A stretch of 64,000 bases of DNA from Antedon mediterranea. Its lineage: Eukaryota > Animalia > Echinodermata. The stretch is from assembly GCF_964355755.1 (NCBI RefSeq), contig NC_092674.1, forward strand, positions 14,322,001-14,386,000. Reading direction: 5' to 3'. Positions 13,396 through 26,360 of the stretch are shown one piece after another; position 1 is the stretch's first letter, and the number at the start of each line of letters is the position of its first letter. The notes under the pieces were generated by a model. That model saw only the letters and a list, made by a program, of their open reading frames with translations, ran no database searches and was not told where the DNA came from. The position numbers were made by a program, and so were the translations under genes.

Positions 13396-15044
13396 ACTGT
13401 CCAAATTAACAACCATTTGGAAAAAAAAAGGCAGTCCACTTGATCCATCAATGTATAGAGGAATATCAATTGGGTCTACATTTTCAAAGATACTTATGGT
13501 TATCATTCTTTCACGTTTTTCCATCTTTTATGAAAGTCAACTTCTACGCACACAGTTTGGATTCAGGTCAAACAGAGGGTGCAATGAGGCTATATATGTA
13601 ATCAAGCAGATCCAGGAAATTGCGTATCGCTTAAATCGCAAACTCTATACATGCTTCATTGATTTAACAGCAGCATTCGACCATGTGAATCGTAATCTTC
13701 TTTTCCTAAGCGTTCGTAATAGGTTTCACTTAAACCAGTCTACTACTATGATTGACATTATACAATCACTGTACAGCTCAACGAAAGCACACCTTGCTGA
13801 CGACGATCCGAGTGATGATAAGTTCGAAACATCTTCTGGGGTGCGACAGGATGGTATTGAGAGTACCAGCATGTTTAACCAATATTTTGATTACGTTATT
13901 AGAGTGTTCAAACAACGCTGTAAAGATGCTAGTTTGGATGGCCTAATGATACAATACCTAATTCCTATTGAAGCTACAAATCGTGCTCAAAGATGTAAAG
14001 CACCATCAAGGGGTATCTATGACGACTTTGAAAATGGCTATGCTGACGACTTTGCTGTAAGCTCCTGGTCACAAGAAGAACTGCAAACCATTGTGAACAT
14101 CTTGAATAAAGTTTGTCTGGAATTTGGTCTAAGAATTAGTGCCCCCAAAACAGAAACCATTATATGGAACTGGAAAGAGGAAGTTGAAGAATACCCAAGA
14201 TGCATCATACAAATTGGCGGCGTACACATTAACAACGTAACACACTTTAGATACCTTGGTGTATGGGCTACCTACAATGATGTTCATATTGGAGATCAAG
14301 AAGTAAAATACAGAATCAATTCAGCCAAAGGAGCATTTGCATAGAATAGGGCATTGCTTACCAACAGAACGATCCACCTACAAACAAGAATGATGTTTCT
14401 TAATGGTCTAGTTAGGAGTAGACTCACCTATGGTTGCCATGCTTGGAGGGCAACAGGAAGTGAAATGTCCAAACTTAGCACAACATACAAAACCTTCCTA
14501 AGAAGAATGCTAGTGAATGGCTTTCAAAGAGTCTGCCCACCAAACCATGTAGACATATCCTCAGATGAAGAAACAGATGAAAACTATATAGACTGGCGTT
14601 ACGTAATTGATAATGACGATCTCTACAAAATTACTGGCTGTCAACCGCTAGAAGAATATGTCTACAAGCAACAATTCAACTGGATTGGACATGTAATTAG
14701 AAAAGAAAATGAAGATCCTACAAAAATTCTTACTTTTCACACAACACAAAGTAAACGAAGAGGTCGGAAGATACCATCAGTACTTGATAGAGTTGTACAA
14801 CAAAGTCAACTTACTAGATGCAACTTCATTAGAGCCTGCTTCAACAGAAATTTATAATTCCCAGCAATGTTTTAACTGTATATATGAACTGTTTTATAAG
14901 TTGTTTTGTGACTGTGTAATTTGGTAGTAGTCACTCTCATACTGTAGGCCTACATTTAAAAGTAACACATCCAAATGCCAACTTCAAGTCAATGGCTACC
15001 AGATGTCTCTGTGAGACGGTTATTTGAACCAGTACCAGTACCAG
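13396..15044 (+). mobile_element. RTE-clade LINE, 5'-truncated, one in-frame stop at 14342-14344
   Basis: ORFs 13385..14344 and 14354..14857 (YRGISIG, QFGFR, FIDLTAAFD, GVRQ, YADD, FRYLG, WIGHVIR); (ACCAGT)n tail; empty site AACTAG|TCTGAG in the paralog at about 39206. Confidence 0.9.
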
Positions 15045-16116
15045 TCCGAGTGTAAATTATGATAAAGGGGCGTTTGAACTGGCAGTTACAGCTAAAATAT
15101 CCAGGATTCAAATTTTGTTCAGGTAACACATTGTGACTGCTAAATTCTTACCATTCATGGTTTCATTTTACCGTTACTTGGAGGGGATATGTTTTTTTAA
15201 TGTTTTATAAAATCAAATGAAAATATCGATTCATATCTATTTATTGTATCATTTTGCATAAAATACAGTGTTGCTCTACAGTACCATCCAAAAACAGAAA
15301 ACTGAAAAAAACCACGAAATATCATTCTCTAACATTCAGTGCCCTAAAGGCATATGGTAACAATGATTACAGAATATATTACGAGAGGTGATGGACCTTT
15401 TCTTTGAACGTCAAAATAGTGCATTGGATATGTTGGGTCCTCAGTAAAGTCTCTTATAAAAATGAGTAATGTAGTCCTATACGTGATGCATAACTAACAA
15501 TACGTTCCAGCTAATTCCTACATGTGGTCTCGGTAAACTATAAAACAAGGAATAATGAGAATACTTTCAATGACAGATTTATAAAAAAGATGTATGCCTA
15601 ATGTGACTTGTTTTATTGTTAGGCCTAAATAACTATGTAACTATGCATTTTTTGATAGGGATGTAATGGGATAAAACGATCATCATTACATTCCCTTTCC
15701 GATGGATGGTTGGTTCAGTGTGGAATGTCGGCCATTTTAAAATACAAATGGCACCTAACTCTTTTGAATTCAGCAACTCAAGAATAACAAAGTTAGCCAA
15801 TAAAATCTATTTTGGCACACACATCCAGCTGGAGCTAGTTTTCCTTACATATATGTGACTGTTTTATACCGTATCATAATGTAGTATATTTTAAATTTTG
15901 ACATGACATAATAAACATTGAAAGTTCTTTCTAACATATTTTTTCTCGGGGTACGCGCCGCCGTCTTCTTTATATCTTTACATAGATTGTATATTGTTTT
16001 CAATAAGCCGTGCGGATGATTCAGGTAATGTCTCTTAGTATTAACAGGGAAGAGTTAAATTACGTAAATTAACTCTTCTCTGGTATTAAAGGGTAACACC
16101 GCGGCTTTAAAATGTA

Positions 16117-16268
16117 TATTATGAATATAGATTGCTGAACCACCACTCATTCGTCCAAGACGGGAATCATTTATTAAGTTGTAATTTTCAAGATCTATTA
16201 TATTCGATTTATTGTCGTCAAACCATGTCTCTGACATTACAATTACTGTAAATGTATGACTTAATGAC
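16117..16268 (-). mobile_element. APE-endonuclease fragment of a CR1/L2-group LINE
   Basis: VIVMSETWF...NYNLIN..R...SGGSAIYIH motif. Confidence 0.7.
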
Positions 16269-16685
16269 GTTATTATTACAGTTGTAGACTATGTATAAAT
16301 ATTATAATGTACCGCGATGGTAAGCCGACTCGCAATAAAATTAATAATATTACAAGTAATATTTATTATTAATTTATAAAGATTAAACAAGTTATTACAA
16401 AGTGTGACATCAGTTGTTCAAAAACCTTGATTAATCTGACTTTACAATATCAAGATTAACCTTGACGAGGCAGCGGTGTTCCGAACCATGTTAGGGGTAC
16501 AACCGTGCAGTTCTCAACAATTTAGTCATCCTCGCAAAAAAAAATGATCTGTAATATGACCCGCGATGCTGTTGCTTCATTTAGGTATGCTATTACTGGC
16601 ACGCCCTTTAAATTGTAAAATTAAACACTCTTTTAATCACACTTAATTATTTAGTAATATTATTATTAATTTTTGTAACACTTAC

Positions 16686-16784
16686 TTTCTCATAAAGATC
16701 CAATTTAGCACCTGCCTTGAGCAAAACAGTGCAAACATCTGTGTGGCCGTTTTCTGCAGCCACATTTAAAGGTGACGCTCCGAT
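16686..16784 (-). CDS. Single-ankyrin-repeat exon E2 (IGASPLNVAAENGHTDVCTVLLKAGAKLDLYEK)
   Basis: 99 bp with canonical AG/GT boundaries, phase 0-0; lies inside ORF 16647..16859(-). Confidence 0.9.
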
Positions 16785-17583
16785 CTGAAATATTACAAAC
16801 ATTATATTATAGTATTTTCTCTCTCTAAACAAAGTATTATAATATTGTTCTGGAATCAATACGATGTGATCATTTAAAAATGACGTTATAGATTTAAATT
16901 ATGCTACATAGTTAAATTAAATAAAGAGTATTAACCCTTTTCTTTAAGATAATGTATTGTATTGTATACATATACATTTTTTGTCTTTCTTGTAGGCCTA
17001 TAACATTTTTTTACAGTGTTTTATAAATTTATAAAACAAATAAGTGTTTTTTTTTTTTTGGCCTGAAAAGTAAACACTTCATCCGATAGTGCTAACTAGT
17101 CTGAATGTAAACTGACAGTTACAGCTAAAAATATATCTAGGCTCCAAATTATGTTCAGGTAACATGACACTTTGACTGCAAAATTCTTACAATAATTACG
17201 GAATCTATTACGAGAGGTGATGGACTTTTGCTTTGAACGTCAAAATAGAGCATTGGATAGGTTGGGTCTTGCAAAATTTAATGTGCTTCCTCAATAAAGT
17301 CTCTTATAAAAATGAATCAAATTGAGATCTGCTTAATTATAACTACTGTAAGTGAAGCACAACTAAAAATACGTTCCAGCTAATTCTTACATGGTGAATA
17401 ATGATAATATTTTTAATGACAGATTTATAAAAAAAGACTTAGGCCTATGAGAGGTTTAACTACACAAGATTTAAGTCTACGGAAAAGTAAAGTATATTTG
17501 ATACTCTCATTAATGAGGTCGTGCCATTTAGGATCACTACGGTAGTGATTTATTTGCAATCTCAACTTCAGATTGGGTACCGT

Positions 17584-18005
17584 ACCGTATTTCATGATTT
17601 AGGTGATTTTCCTATTTTTGTTGGTTACTTTGGGTGGAATATACTGTATGGTACTGCAAATAAGTCAATCTATAATAATAACCCACTATTCTTAAAGTCA
17701 CAAAAACTTATGATAGGCCTACAGCTGTATTTTGAAAATAAGGAGATGATGCAGGTTGATCTTGGGAGTGGGGGAGGATTGAGTGTTTTTGAGTTCAAAC
17801 AAATTTGTTTATTCGTACTGTTTTATTATTTTGCTATGAGTTGCTGACCAGAAAAGTTTGGGTGGGTTACTATTTTCAGGTGCCTAATTTAAGATTAGTA
17901 ATAGTAACTCATTACTCTAATAGTAACCCCCTTTCCAATAGTAACTCACCCTAAAAAACAATCAAAGAATAATAACCCAGGGTTACAATTAGAAGATTTA
18001 CGGTA
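17584..18005. mobile_element. Tc1/pogo-like MITE (TACCGTA...TACGGTA ends)
   Basis: Short terminal inverted TACCGTA; internal TAATAGTAAC repeats near the right end. Confidence 0.4.
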
Positions 18006-18287
18006 TATAGAGTACTGCTAACCATAATAGTAGGTAACATTTGTTTTATTTGACATAACAAAGCATGTGAACTCCCCAAAAATGTACCGTATTATAATGT
18101 AGTATATTTTAAATGTTGACATAATAAACATTGAAAGTTCTTTCTAACAGAGTTTTTTCTCGGGGTACTCGGATGTTGTACTTAATCTTTGTTTTATTTA
18201 TTCTAATGCGCCGTGTTCTTTATTTATCTTTGATTTTATATTGTTTTTCAATAAGCCGTGCGGAGGATTCAGGTAATATCTCTTTAA

Positions 18288-19883
18288 AGGGGGATTCTGG
18301 GTTTAAAATTGCTTTTAAATATCGTTTATTTATTAAATAAAAAATATTATAAAAACATAGACATGTCAGAATGAAGAAATAATAACGAGAAATAAAAAAA
18401 ATAAAATTTCATATACATTTTAGGGTAAATTCATGGAAAGTCTGTTTTTCAGCAGCTTAGGAAAGCTCATTAATATTCATGAGATATTCACAAAACACGT
18501 CATCAGTGGATTCCAAACGCGCGACGTCATGTACGTTGTGTTTTTCAATCTCCCCTGTCAAACGACGACCACCCGATCATTGTGAAATACATTATTTGTA
18601 GGTTTTCTAAGCTAGGCCTAAAGTGTAATAATAACAGTAGTAGCATATATTTATTTGACATTTAATAAAATACAAAATTTAGTACAGATTACGGAGTCAT
18701 AAATTATATACTATTTTTATACCTCGAATAGTACAGATCGTACTATCGGCTTCACCATGGAGTAAAGAATATTCTTTACTCCATGGCTTCACGTACTAGG
18801 CTAGGCCTAGCCTAAATCATTTTTTTTTCATGGGTGAGAGCCATTCTGACTAGAGATTAAAACGCTAAAACATTGGGGCCCATCATGGGCCTAGCTAGCC
18901 TACTACTAAACGATTGGCCCACTACTAAACGATTGGCCCATAAATAACAAAACTCAGTGGATTCCAAAACCATCCTATCAACCAAACTCCTAAACAATCT
19001 AAACCTAAAACATTCTACAAAATCGGCTGTAAATATCGCCGTCCGCACGTATGATGTCCCGATCGTCTAAGTAGGCCTAAAATAGGCCTAGTTTAGCCTA
19101 CTCTCCAAAAAAGCGGATACTACTGCATCAAGCAAGTAGACCAGTAGTAGGAAGGAGACCTAGCCGATCCGGCCCAGTTAAAAATTGAGCTAGCTAGTGT
19201 AGTAGACCCTATGCGAATTGATACTACCAGGCCTTTTACTAGGCTACACTTCTTAAAATTAGCAATACTTATGTTTACAAATATTCCAACTCTCTCATTC
19301 GAGCTATATTATCTATACCATTCCGGTAGGTCGAGTCGACCTTCAATCAAATACTGTACATCGTTCATATTGTAATTATAGACGGGGTATACTCGACCCG
19401 ACCAGTTTGGTATTGTATACTGTATCTGCTTATCATTTGACGATGCCAGGCATGGGTAGATAGAGCACGTGTATCGTCGTCTCGCTCTCAGCATGCAGGA
19501 ATGTATACGTTACGCTTCATTGATTTTGAAGGCTTTCCCTAAGTCAGTGCGAAAATCGGCAAACGTAAAGTGCAAACATATCTAATTTTTCACTGTTTTT
19601 ATAAATGGGAAGACCGACTAAAATTACATCAGATAAGTATAATTTTACAAAAGTAATTGATATGGTTAATGATAACGAGTCGTCGGAAGATTGACCATTT
19701 CACGAATTTCCTATTCTGTAACACAGTGTCATATCGCCGTAGCTGCACTTGTAATCTGGCCTCATTTCACAGCCTTCGTTCTGCTTCACTGGGCGCTTAT
19801 ATAAATTGAAACTTTTACCGTTCAAGAGACAAACAAATATATTTTACATTTTTTACTATTCATTTTAAACCCGGAACCCCCCT
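18288..19883. mobile_element. Kolobok-like non-autonomous DNA transposon
   Basis: TTAA TSD (18284-18287, 19884-19887); 22-bp TIR AGGGGG(A/G)TTC(T/C)GGGTTTAAAAT with RR termini; flanks join as in the paralog at 16020-16115. Confidence 0.85.
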
Positions 19884-19924
19884 TTAAAGGGTAACACCGC
19901 GGCTTTAAAATGTATATTACTTAT

Positions 19925-20115
19925 TATACAAATATTGCTTACTTAGAGGTGAAATATAAGATTTGACAAGGGAATGATATTATGTTCGAGGGAATATATA
20001 ATATTTCCCGAAGCGTAGCTGAGGGAAATATATAATTCCTTGAGAACATAATATCATCCCGAGAGGGTGTTAAATCTTATATTTTACCGATATAAAAGGC
20101 GATATCTGTTATGTA
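19925..20115. repeat. About 190-bp hairpin element centred on CCCGAAGCGTAGCTGAGGG
   Basis: Nested inverted arms AATATAAGATTT/AAATCTTATATT, ATGATATTATGTTC/GAACATAATATCAT and ATATTTCCC/GGGAAATAT; resembles palindromic non-autonomous DNA elements (family uncertain). Confidence 0.7.
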
Positions 20116-20589
20116 TTACATAGCTAACAACAAGTAGAATATCTGCACGGTCGAGTAGCTAGACTAGGCCTCATTTTTGTATTGTATGTAAATGTAAAAT
20201 TATTCAACAAGTATAATTGTGTTTGTTTATAATACAATATTGTGTGTATACATGTACGTGGCGGGGCGTTTATTAGAGGGTGGAGGCTTGATATTTCAAA
20301 GATGTTTTTTTGGGGAGGGGGCGTTTATTCAAATAAATGCGGTAGGCTTAATTGGTATAATCAATACATTATTTAGTTCAAATCAAACACCAAATAATGA
20401 AAATCATCAGTGAACTGTTTCGGCATAAGGAAAACGTTCTAAACGGCTTGCAACATTGGTTAAAGCACTCCGTGTCTCAATGGCGATACAGTACATGCAG
20501 AGTATCAGAACGTACCAGTTCCAGAAACGGATGAAATACGAATTTAATTAAGTATTAAAGCAAACATAACAACGGACGATGATTAATTG

Positions 20590-21745
20590 ATAGTTGTTCC
20601 ACTACACAAATACAAGGACCGGGAAAATCCAGCAAACTATCGCCCAATTACTCTATTATCCATTTTTTGTTAAAATATTTGAAAGAGATTGGGTAGAATA
20701 AGAGAAAGGGTAGAAATGAAACAAATTATATCAGAGGAACAGGCGGGCTTTAGGAATAAGTATAGTACGATTGATAATGCTTTTATACTTCAAACTATAA
20801 TCAATAAAGCATTACAAAAAAAGAGGAAAACGCTATAGTGTGTTTGTAGATTTTAAACAGGCTTTTGATCGTGTGGATAGATCAATTTTAATAAATTAAA
20901 TAAGTTAAACCTTCTTGTAAACTTAATTGAACTCTTGATATCTATGTACACGAACACTGAAATAAAAATGAAAACGCTGCATGGTTTAACAGATGCAATA
21001 GAATGTAGTATAGGATTAAAGCAAGGATGTCTCCTCTCTCCACTTCTTTTCACTCTTTTTATATGATTTTAAAGACATTTTAAAGACGAAAAATAACCAC
21101 TACTGTTTAATAGATAACAATGTAATTTCACACTTATTATTTGCAGATGATCTAGTTTTGTTTTTCTATTCTAAAGTTGGTCAACAAAAGCAAATAAATT
21201 GTCTTGTAAAATATTGCAATGTAAATAAGTTAGAAATAAATAAGTTAAAAACTAAAGCGTATGGTGTTCCGAAATGGTGGGGATGAAAAATGGTACATAA
21301 ATGATGTCAATATAGAAATAGTAAAATAATATAAATATTTAGGTTTTTATTTTAATAATAAGGGGATTGAAACACGATGAAAATTAAACAGGCGGAAAAT
21401 CACGCTTTACATTATCGTGACATGATCTGCAACATTTAAAAATTAACCGAGAGTCTAGAATATGCATGTTTTGTGATCAATTAAGTTTAGAAGATGAAAA
21501 ACATTTTCTTTTTTACTGTCTTTTTTATAAAAACATTAGAAAAAAATATATGTCTGATTTAAATGTATAGGCTACATTAAAAAAAATATACATATAAACA
21601 ATGAAACCCAAAAAAATTAAGTCTTTGCAACCTATTTATGTAAAGCTTATGAAAAGAGAAAAACCTGTAATTCCAAAAATAATATAGATTTTATTATGTG
21701 AAATGGGCCGGAGGCCACTGTTTATTGAAATAAAAAGAAAGAATG
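20590..21745 (+). mobile_element. Degenerate RTEX-like LINE, copy 2, with 3' end
   Basis: Same RT motifs as 11770-12512 plus C-terminal RICMFC...EDEKHFLFYC zinc motif and an AATAAA/A-rich tail. Confidence 0.75.
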
Positions 21746-21759
21746 AAAGTTGGTCTATA

Positions 21760-22995
21760 CATCAGCGTAGTACAGAAACGGCGTTGTTAAAAGTCAAAGC
21801 ATATATTCTCCACAACTTTGCCACAGGTCGCGTGGTTATAAGCAATAATTGATACGTGTCATCCGTGTTCGACACAGTGGACCATACAATTTTAATTAAT
21901 ATATTATCTAATGAGTTTGAGTATCCAATTTGGTGCTATAAATTGGATTGAATCATATTTAGACCACCGATGTTACAAGGTCAAATTGTTGGGTTGTGAA
22001 TCTGTAAACAAAAATTAAAGTCGGTGTCCCACAGGGGTCAACAATTAGCCCGGCATTTTTTACAGCGTATACTAGACCTATTGCCGATATTATAAAGTTT
22101 CATAATGTTGGGTATCATCTATATGCTGATGATGCCCAACTTTATTCAAACTTTGATCCTAAAATAGCCGGTGACTTAGAAGTGTCTATTTTTTAGATTA
22201 ATAATCTGTATCAAAAAACTTAAAATATGGATGTGTAAAACAAACTTACGTACGCTTAATCAGCAAAAGACAGAACTTTTAGTTTTGGTTCCACAAAAGG
22301 TTAATATTAATGATACTTAATATTGGTGGTGACATTCGGAAACCATCAGATACCGTTACGAATCTTTGATACAGACCTTAGCATGACAACTCATATTAAT
22401 ATGATTTGTCGCACTGTTAACTGGTATCAAAGAGGTCTACGTAGAATAAGAAATTCTTAGATAATTATACATGCGCTGAGGCGACTATGTCCCTTGTTCT
22501 CTCTAGATTGGACTATTACAATTCGCCGTTTGTTGGTATATCTATTAAAGACACAGACAGCGATTGCAAAGACTACAAAACCGAGTATTTTAGGTGCCTT
22601 TGAATGTAAGAGCAGAACCTCTTCTCAACGAGCTTCATTGGCTTTTCATTCATTGTAGAATCCAAAGTAAGGTACTTTTGCATGTTTATAATTGTCTCGC
22701 AAACCTAGCACCAGATTACCTTCAAGATTTTTCAAGTATGAACCTGTGTTCTTGAATGCTCTTCCAGCACAAATTAGAATGGCTGAATCGATTGTTTTGT
22801 TTAAACGCCTTTCTTAAAACGTATTTATTTCCCAAGTAGTTTTTATATCTGAGACTTCTATATTTTTATATATTTATATTTTCCAATATGTCATTTTTCA
22901 TTGAGATCTCTATTTTTATATCTTAAAATTGTAACAAAATATGTTAAACGCTATGATCAACTATATCGCTATAAAAGCAATTATTATTAATTATT
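21760..22995 (+). mobile_element. Degenerate L2-clade LINE
   Basis: STETALLKV, FDTVDH, VPQGS, HLYADD, SRLDYYNS, LQRLQN, LHWL and LAPDYL motifs across frameshifts; (ATT)n tail. Confidence 0.8.
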
Positions 22996-23535
22996 ATCAC
23001 TAGATAGTACGCGAGCGAAGCGAGCGTACCTTCTAGGTCGTGTTCACAGATGGTTCTCAAATACACAGTAATTCCAGCGTAAAAAAACTGGCGATTTTAA
23101 ATGTACTTACCGAAGGACTATAAATACATTGTCGTTTTCCGAAACGAATAAATAGACACGATGATTAATGTAGTCAACTAAAATTAACACCCATGGAATT
23201 AGGCCTACTTCCGAAGGAGAAACTTGTCTTAAAAATGACTCCAAGTTTTTTATTTTAACTCATTTAAACAAACCCAATTTGTGTTTTGTATATACATTAG
23301 AGTTGAGGGATGGGGAAGAGAATGGGAAGATCAATTTTTAAACAAATTCTTTATCCACTCAGTAACGAAATATAGTTTTAAATGTTTTATAGGCCTATCA
23401 ATAATATACCACTAAACAAAGTAAAACATTTACGATTTAATACTTTTTTAAAACTGTCCCTTTTATAGTCGATTGAAATAGTAAAGTACATGTAACGATA
23501 CACCACTACGACGTTTATATTTTTATAATTATAAT

Positions 23536-23897
23536 TATACGGCTTTACCACGTTGAAACACCGGTTCTCGTCAGATCACCGAAGTTAAGCAACGTTGGGC
23601 TTGGATGGGAGACCATCTGGGAATAGCGGGTGCTGTATACAGAGCTGGGGTCCCGTTAGGCATTTGAAATCAGCACTGCTGACTCTTATGGCAGCCCCTG
23701 CATCTAGTATCTGCCTCAGACCTCTGGTCAAGGTGGGCACTGGACGAGAGAAGCCCTTGATCAATGTCAGGACCAATCAAGGTGCTTTAAACTCTCCTGG
23801 CTTTGTTTGTATCAAACCTGTTAGTGGCGGTAATTATCGCTGTTGGTTTCGATTGAATAAAATAAAATAAAATAAAATAAAATAAAATAAAATAAAA
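23536..23897 (+). mobile_element. 5S rRNA-derived SINE (SINE3-type)
   Basis: 23536-23640 matches animal 5S rRNA (TACCACGTTGAAACACCGGTTCTCGTCAGATCACCGAAGTTAAGCAACG...TGGATGGGAGACC..TGGGAATA) with about 10 nt deleted; about 210-bp body; (AAAAT)n tail; absent from the inverted paralog at about 42220. Confidence 0.85.
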
Positions 23898-26261
23898 TTA
23901 TTAATTAATACAAACGTTGAGAAGCAACTCTCAGTAATACAGTTTTTATTTGTGTATTATGTGTTTATATATCCAGCAGTAGAGCCTACCCACAGTCACA
24001 GTAATAAATGTTCTTTGTATATGTGTTTATATATCTAACAGTAACCACATTCACAGTAAAAAAATCGATTCTAATGGAGACCAAAAATGGGTAATACGTA
24101 TTTACAATATTTCTAAAGTATTGCAATACTATGTCTCAGTTTTAAGTTTATTTTATTTTATTTTATTTTATTTTATTCAAACTCATTCCACAGCGGGAAA
24201 CCCGCCCCTTACAGAATGGAATAAACTATACCATATAAAAATATATATAAATCTTAAAATCTACAATACAAAATTATACAATTTTACTAATTTTATTACA
24301 AAAACAATTATAACTGTCAAAAAAGAGATCAATAGAATTATCTTTAAGAACACAATTATTAAAAAGAAGACAAATACGTGAAATAAGGGTCCATACATTT
24401 ACCTACAAATTGGGAGTCTGAGAGATTGGAATGTTCTATTCATCGCAAATCAATACATGTGTATAAACGTATATTAAATCTAACAAAATAGTATTTTTTA
24501 AAGAAAATCGGCCTGTCTTCAACATTATGAGACTGTACTCGAGCTGTTCAACCGGTTTTCAGCTATTAAAGCTCAGGTACAGGCATGAATTTTAAATATA
24601 ATATCTGGTTATGTACATAAATGAAATATTTGTAACAGAAATCAAGACAAAAATACATGAATTTCCCTTAATATGGTCGAATACAAAATATGGCAAAATT
24701 CTGCCATAAAAACCACGAAGACTTTTTTTCAGTAGTTAGGTCTTGATAGATTCGTAACGGACGCATATTCAAATGAACCAAATTCACTAGAATTTAGTAA
24801 TGAAGCAAGTTTTAGTTTCGTCCTAAAAAAATCATATCATCGCATCCCATCCTATTACTATTGAAACCGAATTGAAACATTTTAACAAGCTTTTTATGAT
24901 GGTCACACACATCGTCAGATCTATGTATAGTAATGAGAAATATACAAACAATGATGTTGTTGTGATGTCGGGGTGGGTGTTTGGGAAGGTATTTGTTGGT
25001 AACATTAATTTCATAATAAAATAAATTCCCCTATATGAACAAGTACAACACTGTATTTCGTATTATCAAGAAGTGATAACAGTAAACAATTGTATGAAAA
25101 TAATTGTTAAATAGATATAACAGTTAATCAATTATTCAACATAATATAATTATATTTGTGTTATAATACAGAATTGTGTGTATAAATATATGTGGGTGGC
25201 GTGGCGTTTATTAGAGGGTGGAGGTTGAATATACCAAAGATGTTTTATGGGGGAGAGGGCGTTCGTATCTCGGGTCTCAACGGCGATAAATGCAGATAGC
25301 GCGCAACCTGTTCAAATCTAACATCAACTCAACAACTCGGCTACCATTCGGCTATATCGAGATTTTACCTGATTTGAAATACATCTATGATTATAGCTAT
25401 AATCAGTTCTCCCGATGTAGGCATAGACCCCGTTTATGATATTTAAAATTGTATATACTGATTTTAAAATTTACCCGCAATATAATTCGATGATGTTTTA
25501 ATATAATTGATTTGTTGATCGTTTTTTTGCACAAACAAAAATGTGATGTACCCATATATGGACATGATGATGTCATATAATTACCATATTTGGGCACACT
25601 AATGTTGGAATGTTACGCGTGGCCGTAAAAAAAGCAAAACAAACATTGGAGGGGAACAAAAACTCGGAAGTCGCAAAATAGTATTAGTGAAACGCGTAAT
25701 AACATTGCAGTAATATTTATTAATTCATAAAGTTTATGAAATAATCAAATTAAAATAATTATTACAAAGTGCGACAGACAGTTATTACAAAGTGCGACAG
25801 CTCGATTACTACAAGTGCGACACAGTACAAACGGGGTTTACAGATAGTAATTATATGCGATGTGTCTTTTTTTAAGACAGTACTTATCAGGAATGGACCC
25901 TATTTGTGTCCTTTCTTGCGTTTCGGGATCATTAATTTGAAAATAATATTACGTTCTGTGGTGAGATCTTACTTGGAGATTCAGGGCTTTAAATGACCGC
26001 GACTTAAAAACTGTCTTTGATTTGTCTTACTTCCCAATTTCAAGATTAACATTGATGAGGCAGCGTTGTTCCGAATTACGTGAGGGGTACCGTACAGTTC
26101 TCGACAATACAGTCATCCTCACTACAAAGAGGCCTAAGTTGGTTCATTTAGGTATGTTATTACTGATACGCCCTTTAAAAATTGTAAAATTAGCACTTTG
26201 TTTTAATCACACTGAATTATATACTGTAGTACATATTATTATTAATGTTTGTAGCACTTAC

Positions 26262-26360
26262 ATTCTGCTGAAGATCCAAATTAGCACCTGCCTTGAGCAA
26301 AATAGTGCAAACATCCGTTTGGCCCTTTAGTGCAGCCACATATAAAGGTGACGCTCCATT
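26262..26360 (-). CDS. Single-ankyrin-repeat exon E3 (NGASPLYVAALKGQTDVCTILLKAGANLDLQQN)
   Basis: 99 bp, TGTTTGTAATATTTCAG acceptor, GTAAGTGCTACA donor, phase 0-0. Confidence 0.9.

Noticed and set aside
23536-23640. Functional 5S rRNA gene
   Set aside because: About 10 nt are missing in the internal control region, there is no oligo-T terminator, and it continues into a SINE body and tail.
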